Source of the DNA: Candidatus Moanibacter sp.
Lineage (GTDB): Bacteria > Verrucomicrobiota > Verrucomicrobiia > Opitutales > UBA2987
Direction of reading: 5' to 3'
Assembly: GCA_965215885.1 (NCBI GenBank)
Contig: CBDCEW010000085.1
Location: forward strand, 15,741 to 79,740
DNA: 64,000 nt
The notes under the pieces: generated by a model
Databases searched by the model: none
What the model was told of the DNA's origin: nothing
The model's input: only the letters and a program-made list of their open reading frames with translations
Position numbers and translations under genes: made by a program
Part shown: positions 53,098-64,000 of the stretch, one piece after another
How positions within the stretch are numbered: position 1 is the first letter of the stretch
How the letters are laid out: each line of letters opens with the position of its first letter

Positions 53098-53243
53098 TTA
53101 CCAAGCAAGTCTCCTCCTTCATAATGTGTCAGTCTACGGTCCGCTTTTCGTTGCCGGCAAGAATGGCCAGTCAACGGGTTCGGCAGGAGTTCGACGATTC
53201 CGCTCAGCGGGATGCGGCTGTGCTGCGCTTGGAGAAAAGGAGG

Positions 53244-53834
53244 CTAATTACGCCGCGCGATGAGCGATTGATACTCGCCGACTAGCTCCTGGAAGTAGGA
53301 ACTTTCATGGATCGGCCAACTGCTCTGACTGTCCGCTTCCCAAAAAGGATGTTTGCCGATCAAATCCGAGGTCCATTCGAAATATGGCTCGAAGTCCGTG
53401 CGAAAGTAAAGCCGTCCGCCCGCATTCATTTTTTCTGCCAGTCTATCGAGAAAGACACGCTGCACGACCCTGTTTTTATGATGCCTCTTTTTCGGCCAGG
53501 GGTCTGAGAAGAGGAGCAATGTATCTTCTACCCGTGTATCCGCGGGAAGCGCCGCCAGGAACTCCATCGCTTCGGCCTTCAGGAATAGGACGTTATCCAA
53601 CGAGCGTCTCCGTTTCTTCCGGTCAGCCTTCTCCAGCCGTCTTGATTTCAAGTCGATTCCGACGCAGAATTTCTCCCGCTTCTCTTCCGCATACGCGGTG
53701 AGAAAATGCCCGTGTCCGCACCCAATCTCGAGCGAGATTCGGTCGACTTCATAGAAAAGCTCAGTGCACTTTTCTCTCAACAATTCGCGCCGCTCCCGGG
53801 ACCGTTTTAGATGTTCTTTGTATCCCACTTCCAT
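53244..53834 (-). CDS. trmB: tRNA (guanine-N7)-methyltransferase
   Basis: LEIGCGHG, FSDPWPKKRHHKNR, RTDFEPY. Confidence 0.93.
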   Translation of the reverse strand: MEVGYKEHLKRSRERRELLREKCTELFYEVDRISLEIGCGHGHFLTAYAEEKREKFCVGIDLKSRRLEKADRKKRRRSLDNVLFLKAEAMEFLAALPADTRVEDTLLLFSDPWPKKRHHKNRVVQRVFLDRLAEKMNAGGRLYFRTDFEPYFEWTSDLIGKHPFWEADSQSSWPIHESSYFQELVGEYQSLIARRN

Positions 53835-54065
53835 GATGCTGTTCAATCCCTACTTCGGGGAATTGAAGATTCCCACTTCCAGCCTCCCGGGGCAGGATTG
53901 TCTAACTCTCTCGAAAATAGATCCGAATTTTTCTCTGCTCATCAAGCATTTAAAACAAACGTCCCCGGAGGGGCCGTTCCACCTCTAATACCTTGCTACG
54001 GGTGGATCGGGCGCTCCGCGCACGTACGTGTTTAGCGTGATCATAAGCTGCCCCGGTCTTGTGCC

Positions 54066-55440
54066 CATAAGCGCTAACTTGTTTGCTGACTTGGGAATCT
54101 GACCTCTAACTGTGGTCGGCGTTGCCGTGGAGACTCTGCTAAGCCTTGAGCTATATCGTTCCAATTTTCTATCACTTGTCGCAAAGGCACAGCGGGATCG
54201 ACGGCCCGCTGGAGTTGATGGAAGACGAAGGCAAACTCACGCCATCGACTCTGCTGTTTTTTCCGGCTCCAGGACATATCCCCAGGGGGAAATAGAGATC
54301 GCACTTTGAATGATCTTCTCGGTGATCAGGGCCGCGAAGAGCTTGCCATAGAGCCACGCCTTGGCGCTTTCATCGTCATACTTAGGCAGATGTCCTAACT
54401 GTGCGATCTGTTTGAATCGTTTGAAGACCAGTTCCACCTGCCAGCGGATACGATACCATTCGAGCACCTCCAGTGCGGAAAAGAGCGATTCAGGAAAAGT
54501 CGTCAGCACCATGACGTATTCGGTGTAATAGAGCGTTTCGGGCATCAGCTTCTCGCCCCGCCTGCTGGCGATTCGCCGCAATCTCTTGTGGGCCATGGCG
54601 ATCGCTTGCTCGCTTTTGCGGATGGCACACACCCGCGCTGGCAACGGGGGCTGATCCGATGCGGGCACCATGACTGGCCAAGCGCCCACCTTGCCACCGG
54701 CCCCGATCTGCTCCAGGCAGGCGGTCAGGTTCAGAACCTCTCCCCGAGGATCGAGCAGCCGTATGTTGTGCGGTGCCAGCCGTATACTTACAAAAGCCCC
54801 TTGGGAGGCTGCATATTGAAGCCCGGAAGCCTGGCAGTATCCCCGAGCGGCGATCACGTAGTCACCTGCTGCCAGCGGAAACTGTCTAAGCGACTCGCCG
54901 GTGCCTTCACCTTGCGCTGGCGTAAGTTTGAAAAAATCGCACGCCATCGAAGGAACTCGCAAGCTATAGTGCACACGCCACAAGCTGCCCGTCTTCCCGG
55001 GTTCCTTCACCATCGTCGCATCGATCAGACGAAACTCCCGTTGCCCCACCGCCCCCAAATCCAGGCCACGCTCGCGAAACAATGCCACGCACAGCGAATA
55101 AAGCCAGTCCTTGCACTTGCGGCAGCCGCTTCAGCAACGCTACGTCTGACAGTTCCGCCAACTGCGCCTGGCGCGCACGCACCACGGTTTCGCGCAGCGA
55201 ATACCCACATGCCAGATGCACCATCAGAATCCTCAGCAACTTCCCAGGTGCCTTGTCCCGGCGCAATCCCTTCAACGCGTTGGTCTTCTTAGCCAATTCT
55301 TTCCATTGCGGCGGGAAAAAAGACATCAGCACGCTCCAGTCTTCATCCATCATGGTCGACCTCCCTTCAATTCTGCTAACCTGTTGCGGAAGTCCACAGC
55401 AGGAAATGCACTATGTCAAGCAAACAAGTTAGCGCTTATG
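54066..55440 (-). mobile_element. IS4-family (IS231 subgroup, IS186-like) element with an inactivated transposase
   Basis: 22-bp perfect TIR CATAAGCGCTAACTTGTTTGCT; 11-bp TSD GGTCTTGTGCC; SLRE..LSDVALLKRL, LIDAT, YRIRWQVELVFKR; frameshift near 55123 and IAARGY in place of IADRGY. Confidence 0.92.
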
Positions 55441-55934
55441 GGTCTTGTGCCGGGGTGTCGCACGATCTAAAGCTACAATAAGCCAATGGCGCCTCACGCC
55501 CCCCGCGCCTTCTCGCCCCAGCGCGGCCGCGCTGGGGCGAGAAGGCGCGGGGGGCGTGAGGCGGGGAGGCATCCGGTGTGTAGCAAGAAACGCGCGCCAC
55601 CCCGGCACAAGACCCATAATTACGAAATTGGGTTGGAGAACCCAAAGTAAATGTTATTCAGGCACTTGCAAGATTCTATTGATTACATAGTATGCCAGAA
55701 TGGAGTTTCAACGATTGTTGTGTGCGGGTTCGTTAGAGGTAGAGAGCTTTTCCTGCAGGTTTGTTTTCAGTTAGAAACTTGTTGAGTATTAATCAGTTAC
55801 AAAAGCGCTTTGAACGGGGAGTTGATTTCTGGTGGCAATTGAGTAGAAGCGAAGGGAGCTGGAGAAAGTTGGTATTGGCATTGTATGTAAAATAAAGTTT
55901 GCAGTTTTGCCTCCTTTCCATACTGTGCCGGTGC

Positions 55935-56651
55935 ATGCAAGAAGAGCTTTCGCGTAAAGAGAGGGAGGTGGTCGAAGCGGTACGGCGGGATCGGGTAAGC
56001 ACGGTGTGGAGGCTGATGAAGGAGCAGAGGGTGTCGCGGCGAACGGTCTATCGGGCTTTGCAAAAATATGGCCATTACTCCAGTTACAATGCCAATTGTG
56101 GCTACCTGAGCTTGAAAGACATTCCGCGCTTTGACGGGGCCGGTTTGTGGCGTTTTCGCAAGGGGCGCTTTTCGCGCCACGGCACCTTGGAGGAGACCGT
56201 GGAGGCGGTGGTGGGAGCTTCGCTTTGCGGCTACACGGTGGCTGAGTTGGAGACCCTCCTTGGGGTACGGGTGCACAACCCCATAAGCGTGCTTTGTAGA
56301 AAGAAGCGGTTGAGTCGATACGATGAAGGGCGTCACTGCGTGTATGTCTCGGCCGGGGAACAGGGCGGGGCCGAACAGAAAAAGCGGCGGCAAGGGCGAA
56401 GAACAGCGGCACAAGTTCAGGCAGGGGACCCCGGGGGCGCTTTGCAGGCAGCTCCCGAAGGGCTCGAAACGATGGTCGTGATCGCTTTGCTGGTCGCCTG
56501 TATCGGCCATCCCGAGGCCGGGGTCAAGGAGCTTGTCGAGCTTATGCAAGAGCAGGGAGTAGAGCTGAGCGGGGAGCAAATTGAGCGGGTGATGGCGTTT
56601 TACTCGCTCAAAAAAAACCGGAACGATCGCGGTAGCGGAGCTGTTACATGA
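55935..56651 (+). CDS. ORF A of the unclassified IS (HTH-like DNA-binding protein)
   Basis: SRRTVYRAL HTH-like segment; SSYN...Y.....IPRFD..GLW...RFSRHGTL; A8 run near its 3' end. Confidence 0.65.
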   Translation: MQEELSRKEREVVEAVRRDRVSTVWRLMKEQRVSRRTVYRALQKYGHYSSYNANCGYLSLKDIPRFDGAGLWRFRKGRFSRHGTLEETVEAVVGASLCGYTVAELETLLGVRVHNPISVLCRKKRLSRYDEGRHCVYVSAGEQGGAEQKKRRQGRRTAAQVQAGDPGGALQAAPEGLETMVVIALLVACIGHPEAGVKELVELMQEQGVELSGEQIERVMAFYSLKKNRNDRGSGAVT

Positions 56652-58160
56652 TTTGCGGGCAGAGGCTGAACGGGCCCTGCAAACGGTGGGGGCTGTGCCT
56701 GCGCAAACGAGTTATCGCTTCGATGCCCGGGAGGACGAAGAGGGTCCTTCAGAGGTGCGCAAGACCCTGCGCCGCAAGGTGGTCAGTTTCTCCTATGGAT
56801 GCTTCCAGGCGGTGGAAGTTGTGCGCGAGCAGGGGCAAGGGAGCCACCGCAACAGCTACCGTTCTGCTCGCCTGGAACAGATCGTGCCCTCGCATAGTCG
56901 CTACGCTTACGATCTGATTGCCTATGTGGGCAAGCGATGTTTGTGCGAAAGCGCCACCCTCAAAGAGGTGCACAGGGAACTGCGCGAGGGCCCGGGGCAG
57001 CTGCAGATTGCTCAAAGCAGCCTCTATGAGATGCAGCAGAAGTTCAGAACTCTTTTTTATCTGGGTCGGCTGCACGCCGCGGCCGCTCCAGGTGCTTAAA
57101 GATTACCTGAGCGCTCGCCCTTGCCTGCGCTGGCTGGTGGATGGGACCGTGGAACCGCAGACGCCGGTTTTCTTCGCTGTTCAGGAAGCCGACGAAGGGA
57201 TCCTTTTGGGCAGCTGGAAAATGCCTTCCGAACAGAGCGAAACGATCAGTGGCTCATCTTGCCCGGGCCATCGGGCTTTTGGCCAACCCCACCATGTCTA
57301 TCATGATTTAAGCGCTCAGATCAGCAAGGCCTGCGACAAGCGAAACCTTCCAGGCCCCCCATCGCGTCTGCCATTATCATTTCGCACGTCTATGTACGGG
57401 CGAACAGCTTTATCGAAAACCCCAGCAGATGCTCATCGGGCGCTTGCGGCAATTGAAGCTCATGGAGCGCATGCGCGAGCAACTCAAACACATCACCGCA
57501 AAGCTCCGTGAAGCCCTCCGTGAAAAACACGCCCTCGTCCTGGCCGATTTGCTCACCGCCAAAGCGCTCGCAGTGCCCTTCGATCCCACCCTTGCACGGG
57601 AACTGCTCATGGCCCTGCAATTGTGGATTTTGGATTATCCCTGCGACGGTCACCGCCAGGGCTTTCCCTTCGATCCTTACCTGCTTTATTGGCATCGGCG
57701 GGTCGTGCGCGCCCATGCCGCCCTGGAGCAGTGGCTTGCCCGGAGCTCCTGCCAGTTGCTCTGTTCTGCGAAGCTTCTTTCATCTTTCGACCGGGTTGAA
57801 GCAGTATCTGGCTGATGCCCTCGTCATCGAAGCCGCTACTATCTATGAAAACGCTTTTTGGATTTTCAGCGCTTTGCGCGATGCCCTTTGGCTCAGCGCC
57901 AGCGGCCCCTGCCCTTTAAGCGACCCTTATCTGTTGCAAGCAGGACAAGCCGCTGAGCTCACCGAGGCTCTCCAGAGCTGCTGCGTGCCCAATATCGCCA
58001 AAAAGGCGCCTCCCTGACCAACCCCTCGAAAGCCAAACTCTACCGCACCGTGGTCACTCATCTGGACAAATACTGGCAGCGGCTGCTTCCCCCACCGGCC
58101 CATCCAGACAGCGTACGCACGACCAATGAGCTGGAAGGCACCTGTATACGCCCCTATCTG
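56612..58160 (+). pseudogene. ORF B transposase of the unclassified IS, multiply frameshifted (C-terminal part at about 60720-61080)
   Basis: RS..LEQIVP...YAYDL, WLVDGT, YHDLS, CHYHF (read in an alternative frame near 57369) and RTTNELE. Confidence 0.68.
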
Positions 58161-58280
58161 CAACGCGCAAACGCCGTTAGCGCCCTGGCCGATGAAGGGC
58201 TTTTAAGAGAGATCTCAGAGTGAACGCGAGGGGCTTTGAATGCTTCGGATGAAGAATATTATGATCCTGCACACCAAACA

Positions 58281-59540
58281 TCAGAACTCGCTATCATGCG
58301 GGTTGGCGGGCAGGGGGCAATCGCGGATACAATTCCCGGCTTTTAAGAGCTAAAGAAAACGGTAGGCTTCATCTTCGAACCATCAAATTCGAAGAAAAAT
58401 GGAGAAACCTACCGTCAAAGAAGAGACCTTCTTACAGTGCATCCTTGGAGTGGACAAGGGTAATCCCTCGATCACGGTCTATCGGGATCTGAGCTGGAAG
58501 GCAAACTGCACGTCTATTACGGGCATGAGCTTTTTGAAGTCGTAGAGGACGATCGGGAGCAAGTTGAATTCAAGCTATTGGAGGGGCGCCTCTACAATGC
58601 GGGGTTGAAGAAAGGGCGCTTAGAGAAGCAATTTGCGGTTGACCCCAAAACGATGAAGCGGTGGGGGGAGGCGCTTCAAAGCGGAGATGCCGAGACCTTA
58701 GCGCGAGTGCTGGCGGGACGCAGCGCTCATCGCAAATTGACGAGGGAAATCCGGAGTTTTGTGCGGGTGCGCTTCGGGCAGATCTATGGGGAGAGTCGGT
58801 ATGGCTACAGCAAGAAGATACGGGGGGAGATCGAGGAGGTGTTCGGAGTTAACCTCAGTGGGGAAACTTTGCGCCCTGTCTTTAAGGAGCTTAAAGAGGC
58901 CCGGGCAAAGGAGGCCGAAGCCGAGAGGGCGCAAAATCGGGAGACTCCCTGGGATTGCCCGGAGGACTCGGGGAGGGACGAACAGGAGCAAGAAGCAGAA
59001 AATAGCCCCGAAAGCGAAGGGGACAATCGCAAGGGGTCTCCCGATTTTTCGAGGGAGAGCTCCGAAGCGGTGCAATGGTATCGGCACCTGGGAGTACTTC
59101 TGTTCAGTGCCGCGCTCAGAGAAGTCGCTCAGATTGATCGCGAAGAGGGCTGGCTTTTGAAACAATGGGTGGCTTGCGGGTTGTTGGCCGCGGTCAATAT
59201 CGAGCAGAGCAAACTGCTCGATCTCGAAGACCTGCAAAAACTCATCGGGCGAGTCCTGTATACCCCCTATCTGCAACGCCAAAGCCTTAGCGCCCTGGCC
59301 GATGAAGGGCTTTTAAGAGAGATCCTCAGAGTGAACGCGAGGGGCTTGAATGCTTCGGATGAAGAGAGCTTTTATTATGATCCGCACACCAAACATTACA
59401 CCGGAATGAGCAAGGTGCTGGCGGGATGGTGTCCGGGTATCCGTCTGGCCGACAAAGCGCTCCACGGCGATTTTATTCATACCCTCAAGGGCTATCCGGT
59501 CTATTTTGCGAGCACTGACAACTATGAGGATATAAGGGAA
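58281..59540 (+). mobile_element. Partial second copy of the 23159-25675 IS (left end plus 5' half of the transposase)
   Basis: Near-identical to the reverse complement of about 24280-25674, lacking the 129-bp insert. Confidence 0.88.
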
Positions 59541-61280
59541 CGGCTGCACGCCGCGGCAACTCCGGTGCTTAAAGATTACCTCGAGCTGCTCGCAGTTGCC
59601 TGCGCTGGCTGGTGAGATTTACGTGGACCGTGCGATCGCCGCAGACGCCGGTTTTACTTCGCCATCGTTCAGGAAGCTCGACGAAGGGATCCTTACCTGG
59701 GCAGCTGGTTAAAATGCCTTCCGCCCAGCCCCTCCAACGGATCGACGTGGCTGTTTTGCGCCGGGCGGCCCGGGCTTTTGGCCAACCCCATGCCGATGAT
59801 CTATCATGAGTTTAATCTTCAGCTATCAGCAAGGCCCCTGCGAGAGCGAAACCCTCAACAGGCCCCCAGTGGCGTCGTGGAGGCGATCATTTCCGCAATG
59901 TGGGCGAACAGCTTTATCGTGAAAATCCAGCAGACCGCTCAACAGGCGCTTGCGCAATTGAAGAGGTAATCAAATGGATGCGCATGCGCTGGATTCAGGA
60001 CGAAACACTTCACCGCAATAGCTCCGATGACGCACTCCGTGATTAATCACGCCCTCGTCCTGGCCGATTATGCTCACCGTCCAAAGCGCTCGCAGTGCCC
60101 TTCGAGCCCAACACCTTGCACGGGAACAAGCATGGCCCTGCAAAAGCGGATTTTGCCATTATCCCTGCTGACGGTCACCGCCAGGGCAATTCACCTTCGA
60201 ATCCTTACCTGCTTTATTGGCATCCTGGCCGGGTCGTGCGCGCCCATGCAAAAGCGCCTGGAGCAGTGGCGAAAAGATCCGTCGACTCCTGATCAGTTGC
60301 TCTGTTCTGCGAAGCTTCTTTCATCTTTCGACCGGGTTGAAGCAGTATCTGACACTGAATGCCCTCGAGGCTGAAGCCGCTACTCATCTGATGAAAACGC
60401 TATGTTTGCCTTTTCAGCGCTTGCAAGATGCCCTCATGGCTCAGCCTTGCCAGCTTCGCCCGTAACCCTTCTACAAGCAGCGAACCCTTTAAATCTCGTT
60501 GCAAGCAGGACAAGCCGCTGACGACTCACGATCTGTCTCGCAGTTGCTGACGTGCCCAGTGATCGGCCTTATAGAAAGGCGGCTCCCTGACCAACCCCTC
60601 GAAAGCGCATTTATTCTCCACCGCACCGTGGTCACTCATCGGACAAATACTGGCAGCGGCTGCTTGAGTACCTGCAAATCTCAGACAGCGTACGCACGAC
60701 CAATGACTGGAAGGCACCTGGCGCACCTCCAAGCGCAAACGCCGTCAAACTTCCGACGGGCGCAAAAAATCGGGATTTAAACGCGCGACTTTGCATAGCG
60801 CTCTTTAGAGGGGCAATACAGTGAGCTCCTGGCCAACTTACACAATCCCCGCTATGTGGAGCTGGTTTTAGGCAGTATCGATAATCTGCCCCAAAAGTTT
60901 GCCCAGGCTGCACAGAAAGCACCCCCCTTCAGTCACTGGCGGGCGAACAGAAAAACCCTCGCCGTGGGTCGATTGCCCAAAAAGCTCCTGCGAAAAGAAA
61001 ACTTCCTTGAGGAACTCTTCGAAGTCTGTAATCGCCAGGATCAATCCTTAAACCCGCAACCCCATCGGATTGCCTCCTGACAACGACTCCAGTGCCCTCC
61101 CTCTGCTCCCCATTTTCTTCATGCTCTAACCAGAGAACTCCACGCAATTTGCGTGCCAACCGAAATTCAGAACGATGGGCACAAGACCGGGGCAGCCAGC
61201 AATGGAAGGGAAAGAGGCTAAACAGGTACCCGCGCACGATCACGATCTCATCAGTCCGCCTATTTCACAGAATAAGCGGA

Positions 61281-63137
61281 CTAATGCCTGCTGACCGCAA
61301 CCATGAGGATGCTCACGTCGGATGGATTTACTCCGCTAATGCGACTCGCCTGCCCCAGATTCAGGGGCCGGATCTCTTCCAACTTCAGCACACTCTCGGT
61401 CCTTAATCCCCTAAGCGCTTGGTAATCAATGTCTTGAGGTATCCCAACCGACTCCAGGTTCTTCAGTTTCTCGATCTGTCTAAGCTCGCGTTCCAGGTAA
61501 CCCTGATAGCGGATCCGGTATATCACCTCATCTTTAACTGTATTCGCCGCCCGCCGAAACTCCTCGGGTAGATTTTCAGGCGCTCCTCCCCTTCGCACCA
61601 TATCACCAAAGCTTCCCCCTTTCGTCCGCTCCTTCTCAAGTCGCCTGACCCACTCTTCTATCTGCTGTGCCTTGCTCGTGATTTTCTGTAACCGATTCTC
61701 CTGCAACAGGTTATACCTTTTAGCATGGTGCAGCAGCCTGACCTCCGCACTCCCATGATTAAATAGCAGGCGATATTCCGCCCGACTCGTGAACATGCGA
61801 TACGGTTCCTTCGTGCCCTTCGTCACGAGGTCGTCAATCATGACTCCAATGTAGGCCTCTTCCCTCCCTATTATCATCGGCTCAATGCCACGCGTTTTCA
61901 AAACCGCGTTTACGCCAGCCACAAGGCCTTGCGCTGCAGCCTCTTCGTAACCTGAGGTACCGTTTATCTGTCCAGCAAAGAAAAGGTTCCCGACTTTCTT
62001 CGACTCCAAGGAGGGAAACAGCTGGGTCGGGGGCGAAAAGTCGTACTCCACCGCATAGGCGGGACGCAACAACACCGCGTCCTTCAAACCGAGCACACTG
62101 CGCACCATATCTACTTGAACATCAAAGGGTAAGCTCGTCGATAAGCCATTGATATACCATTCGTCGGTATGCCTACCTTCCGGTTCCAGGAATATCAAGT
62201 GTCTCTCTTTATCGGCAAAGCGAACAAACTTATCTTCAATACTCGGGCAATAGCGTGGCCCCACCCCATCGATCTCACCGGCGTAAAGGGCCGACCTCTT
62301 CAGGTTATTCCGCACGATACGCTCAGTTTCAGGCGTCGTATGGGTGGCCCAACAGGATACCTGATCACTTCCCGGAACCCACCCAAGTTTGGTTTGACCC
62401 GGTTGTTCCACGTGGAACAGTTCTGTATCTTCGCGTGTATCGTAGAATGCAAAGAGCGTCGGAGTCTCGTCCCCACGCTGCTCTTTCAAACGGGAAAACT
62501 CCACCGAACTGCCCAGGATTCGCGGAGGTGTCCCAGTCTTCAGCCGCTCGAGATCAATACCAGCCTCCAGGAAACTTGCGGAGAGCCCTTTCGAGGTAAA
62601 ATCCCCCAGCCTGCCGCCTTCGTTCTTATTGCTTCCGATATGCATGAGTCCCCGCAGAAACGTTCCCGTCGTTACGACCACGGATTTTCCGAAAAATTCC
62701 ACCTCCATGCTCGTTTGAACTCCCACGACTTTTCCCGCACGGGTAATCAGGCCTGTAACGAGGGACTGAAATAGTGTCAGATCCTCTTGAAGCTCAAGGA
62801 CATGCTTCATTCTGAATTGATATGCCTTCTTATCGCATTGCACTCTCGGAGCCTGGACTGCCGGCCCTTTTGAAGCGTTCAAAAGCCGAAATTGTATCCC
62901 TGTGGTATCGGCATTGACCGCCATTTCACCGCCGAGGGCATCGATTTCACGCACCATATGGCCTTTTGCCTGACCGCCGATAGCCGGGTTACAACTCATC
63001 TGCGCTACGGTATCGATATTCCCTGTAAGCAGAAGGGTATCCGCCCCCATCCGCGCAGAGGCAAGTGCAGCCTCGCACCCGGCGTGCCCGGCGCCACATA
63101 CGATCACGTCGTAGCTATGGCTGTGCCCAAACTTCAT
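61281..63137 (-). CDS. mnmG: tRNA uridine-5-carboxymethylaminomethyl synthesis enzyme MnmG
   Basis: GAGHAGCEAA, MSCNPAIGG, LKTGTPPR, PRYCPSIEDK, GQINGTSGYEEAA. Confidence 0.97.
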   Translation of the reverse strand: MKFGHSHSYDVIVCGAGHAGCEAALASARMGADTLLLTGNIDTVAQMSCNPAIGGQAKGHMVREIDALGGEMAVNADTTGIQFRLLNASKGPAVQAPRVQCDKKAYQFRMKHVLELQEDLTLFQSLVTGLITRAGKVVGVQTSMEVEFFGKSVVVTTGTFLRGLMHIGSNKNEGGRLGDFTSKGLSASFLEAGIDLERLKTGTPPRILGSSVEFSRLKEQRGDETPTLFAFYDTREDTELFHVEQPGQTKLGWVPGSDQVSCWATHTTPETERIVRNNLKRSALYAGEIDGVGPRYCPSIEDKFVRFADKERHLIFLEPEGRHTDEWYINGLSTSLPFDVQVDMVRSVLGLKDAVLLRPAYAVEYDFSPPTQLFPSLESKKVGNLFFAGQINGTSGYEEAAAQGLVAGVNAVLKTRGIEPMIIGREEAYIGVMIDDLVTKGTKEPYRMFTSRAEYRLLFNHGSAEVRLLHHAKRYNLLQENRLQKITSKAQQIEEWVRRLEKERTKGGSFGDMVRRGGAPENLPEEFRRAANTVKDEVIYRIRYQGYLERELRQIEKLKNLESVGIPQDIDYQALRGLRTESVLKLEEIRPLNLGQASRISGVNPSDVSILMVAVSRH

Positions 63138-64000
63138 TTGCCGATACAGAAATTCTGAAAGATTCTGTCCAATATCTCCTCATTATCGACCTTTCCGGTA
63201 ATCTGACTCAAGGCGTCGAGCCCACTTCTAAGATGGCTCGCAACAAGCTCGGCCGGTTCTGCATTTCTCATTTTTCCAAGAGCCGCTTCCAGGCTCTCCC
63301 TGGACAGATTCAAAGCGCTGGCATGCCGCGCGCTCACTATCACGCTCTCTTCACCGACATGACTGAAATCCTCTTCCAAGGATTTCAGAAAAGCGGCCTT
63401 CAGTCCTCCTATTCCCTCGCCTGTGAGGGCGGAGAGGCGGACGTGCACACACTCGTTAAGAAAGGCGCTATGTTCCTGACTATCAACGCGATCTATCTTA
63501 TTCTCAACTACCAGACAGCGCTCCTTATCAATCCGTTCGACGATAGTTTGGGGGAGAGTAGGGCGCCTTGTAGTGCTATCGAGCACGTAGAATATCCGTT
63601 CTGCCCGCTCCAGCTGACCGAAAGTCTTCTCGATACCGAGACGCTCGACTCCTGAAGCCGATTCCTGCAATCCTGCCGTATCCACGACTCTCACAAGGTA
63701 TGGGCCCAATGTCATTCTCTCTTCAACAAAATCCCTTGTGGTACCCGGTTCCTCATTCACGATGACACGTTCTTCCCCCGTTATAGCGTTCAGTAAGCTA
63801 CTTTTTCCCGCGTTCGGCGCACCCGTAATGACGGTCCTGATGCCATCTTTGAGAAGCGTACTGTAGCGGCTCGTGGCGATAAGCCTATCCATCTCCAAGC
63901 AAAGTTTGCGGAGGTCCTGAACAGGTCCTTCTACGTCCTCTTCGGGAAGGTCCTCTTCGGGAAAGTCGATGTATGCTTCAAGGGAGGAAATCATCATTAA
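63134..64000 (-). CDS. mnmE: tRNA modification GTPase MnmE (5' partial)
   Basis: IDFPEED, GAPNAGKSS, GTTRD, DTAG, NKID, C-terminal FCIGK. Confidence 0.96.
   Translation of the reverse strand, partial: LMMISSLEAYIDFPEEDLPEEDVEGPVQDLRKLCLEMDRLIATSRYSTLLKDGIRTVITGAPNAGKSSLLNAITGEERVIVNEEPGTTRDFVEERMTLGPYLVRVVDTAGLQESASGVERLGIEKTFGQLERAERIFYVLDSTTRRPTLPQTIVERIDKERCLVVENKIDRVDSQEHSAFLNECVHVRLSALTGEGIGGLKAAFLKSLEEDFSHVGEESVIVSARHASALNLSRESLEAALGKMRNAEPAELVASHLRSGLDALSQITGKVDNEEILDRIFQNFCIGK

Larger units (their letters stand above)
55615..61177 (+). mobile_element. Unclassified two-ORF DDE-type IS; assembled length inflated by a nested or chimeric segment
   Basis: Imperfect 22-bp TIRs CATAATTACGAAATTGGGTTGG / CCAACCGAAATTCAGAACGATG (16/22); 11-bp TSD GGCACAAGACC at 55604-55614 and 61178-61188. 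Confidence 0.82.

Noticed and set aside
59540..60760. Novel hybrid transposase genes
   Set aside because: Short-word interleaving of two sequences present elsewhere in the window fits a consensus artefact better.

Overview
Bacterial chromosomal window, probably Verrucomicrobiota (inferred from the short AtpH, gene order and C-terminal domain styles). Intact housekeeping blocks are accB-accC-asp23-amaP-thiE, grpE-dnaJ-rfaE2, manA, ftsK-rodZ, nfeD-nfeD-floA, queG, recQ, the atpBEFHAGDC operon, trmB, mnmE-mnmG and tRNA-Ile(CAU). Between them lie accessory zones rich in palindromic REP/REPIN/MITE mosaics, insertion sequences and broken genes. Highlights: (1) a relic diversity-generating retroelement (DGR) locus at about 4.1-8.4 kb. 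It has a Ser/Thr kinase-TM-PEGA-FGE(CLec) receptor ending in a VR-like tail, followed by a hairpin, a truncated HRDC-type accessory gene and a duplicated TR-RT spacer-like segment; no TR or RT is present. (2) Two different IS elements, an IS186-like element and an unclassified two-ORF DDE element, inserted at the same 11-bp loop motif in the two arms of one ~200-bp palindromic element; an empty copy of that element is also in the window. (3) A large-transposase IS whose termini can be defined, carrying a nested 129-bp hairpin element. (4) A 58.1-60.8 kb segment that looks like an assembly chimera of two transposons. All calls come from reading the sequence by eye; no searches were run.
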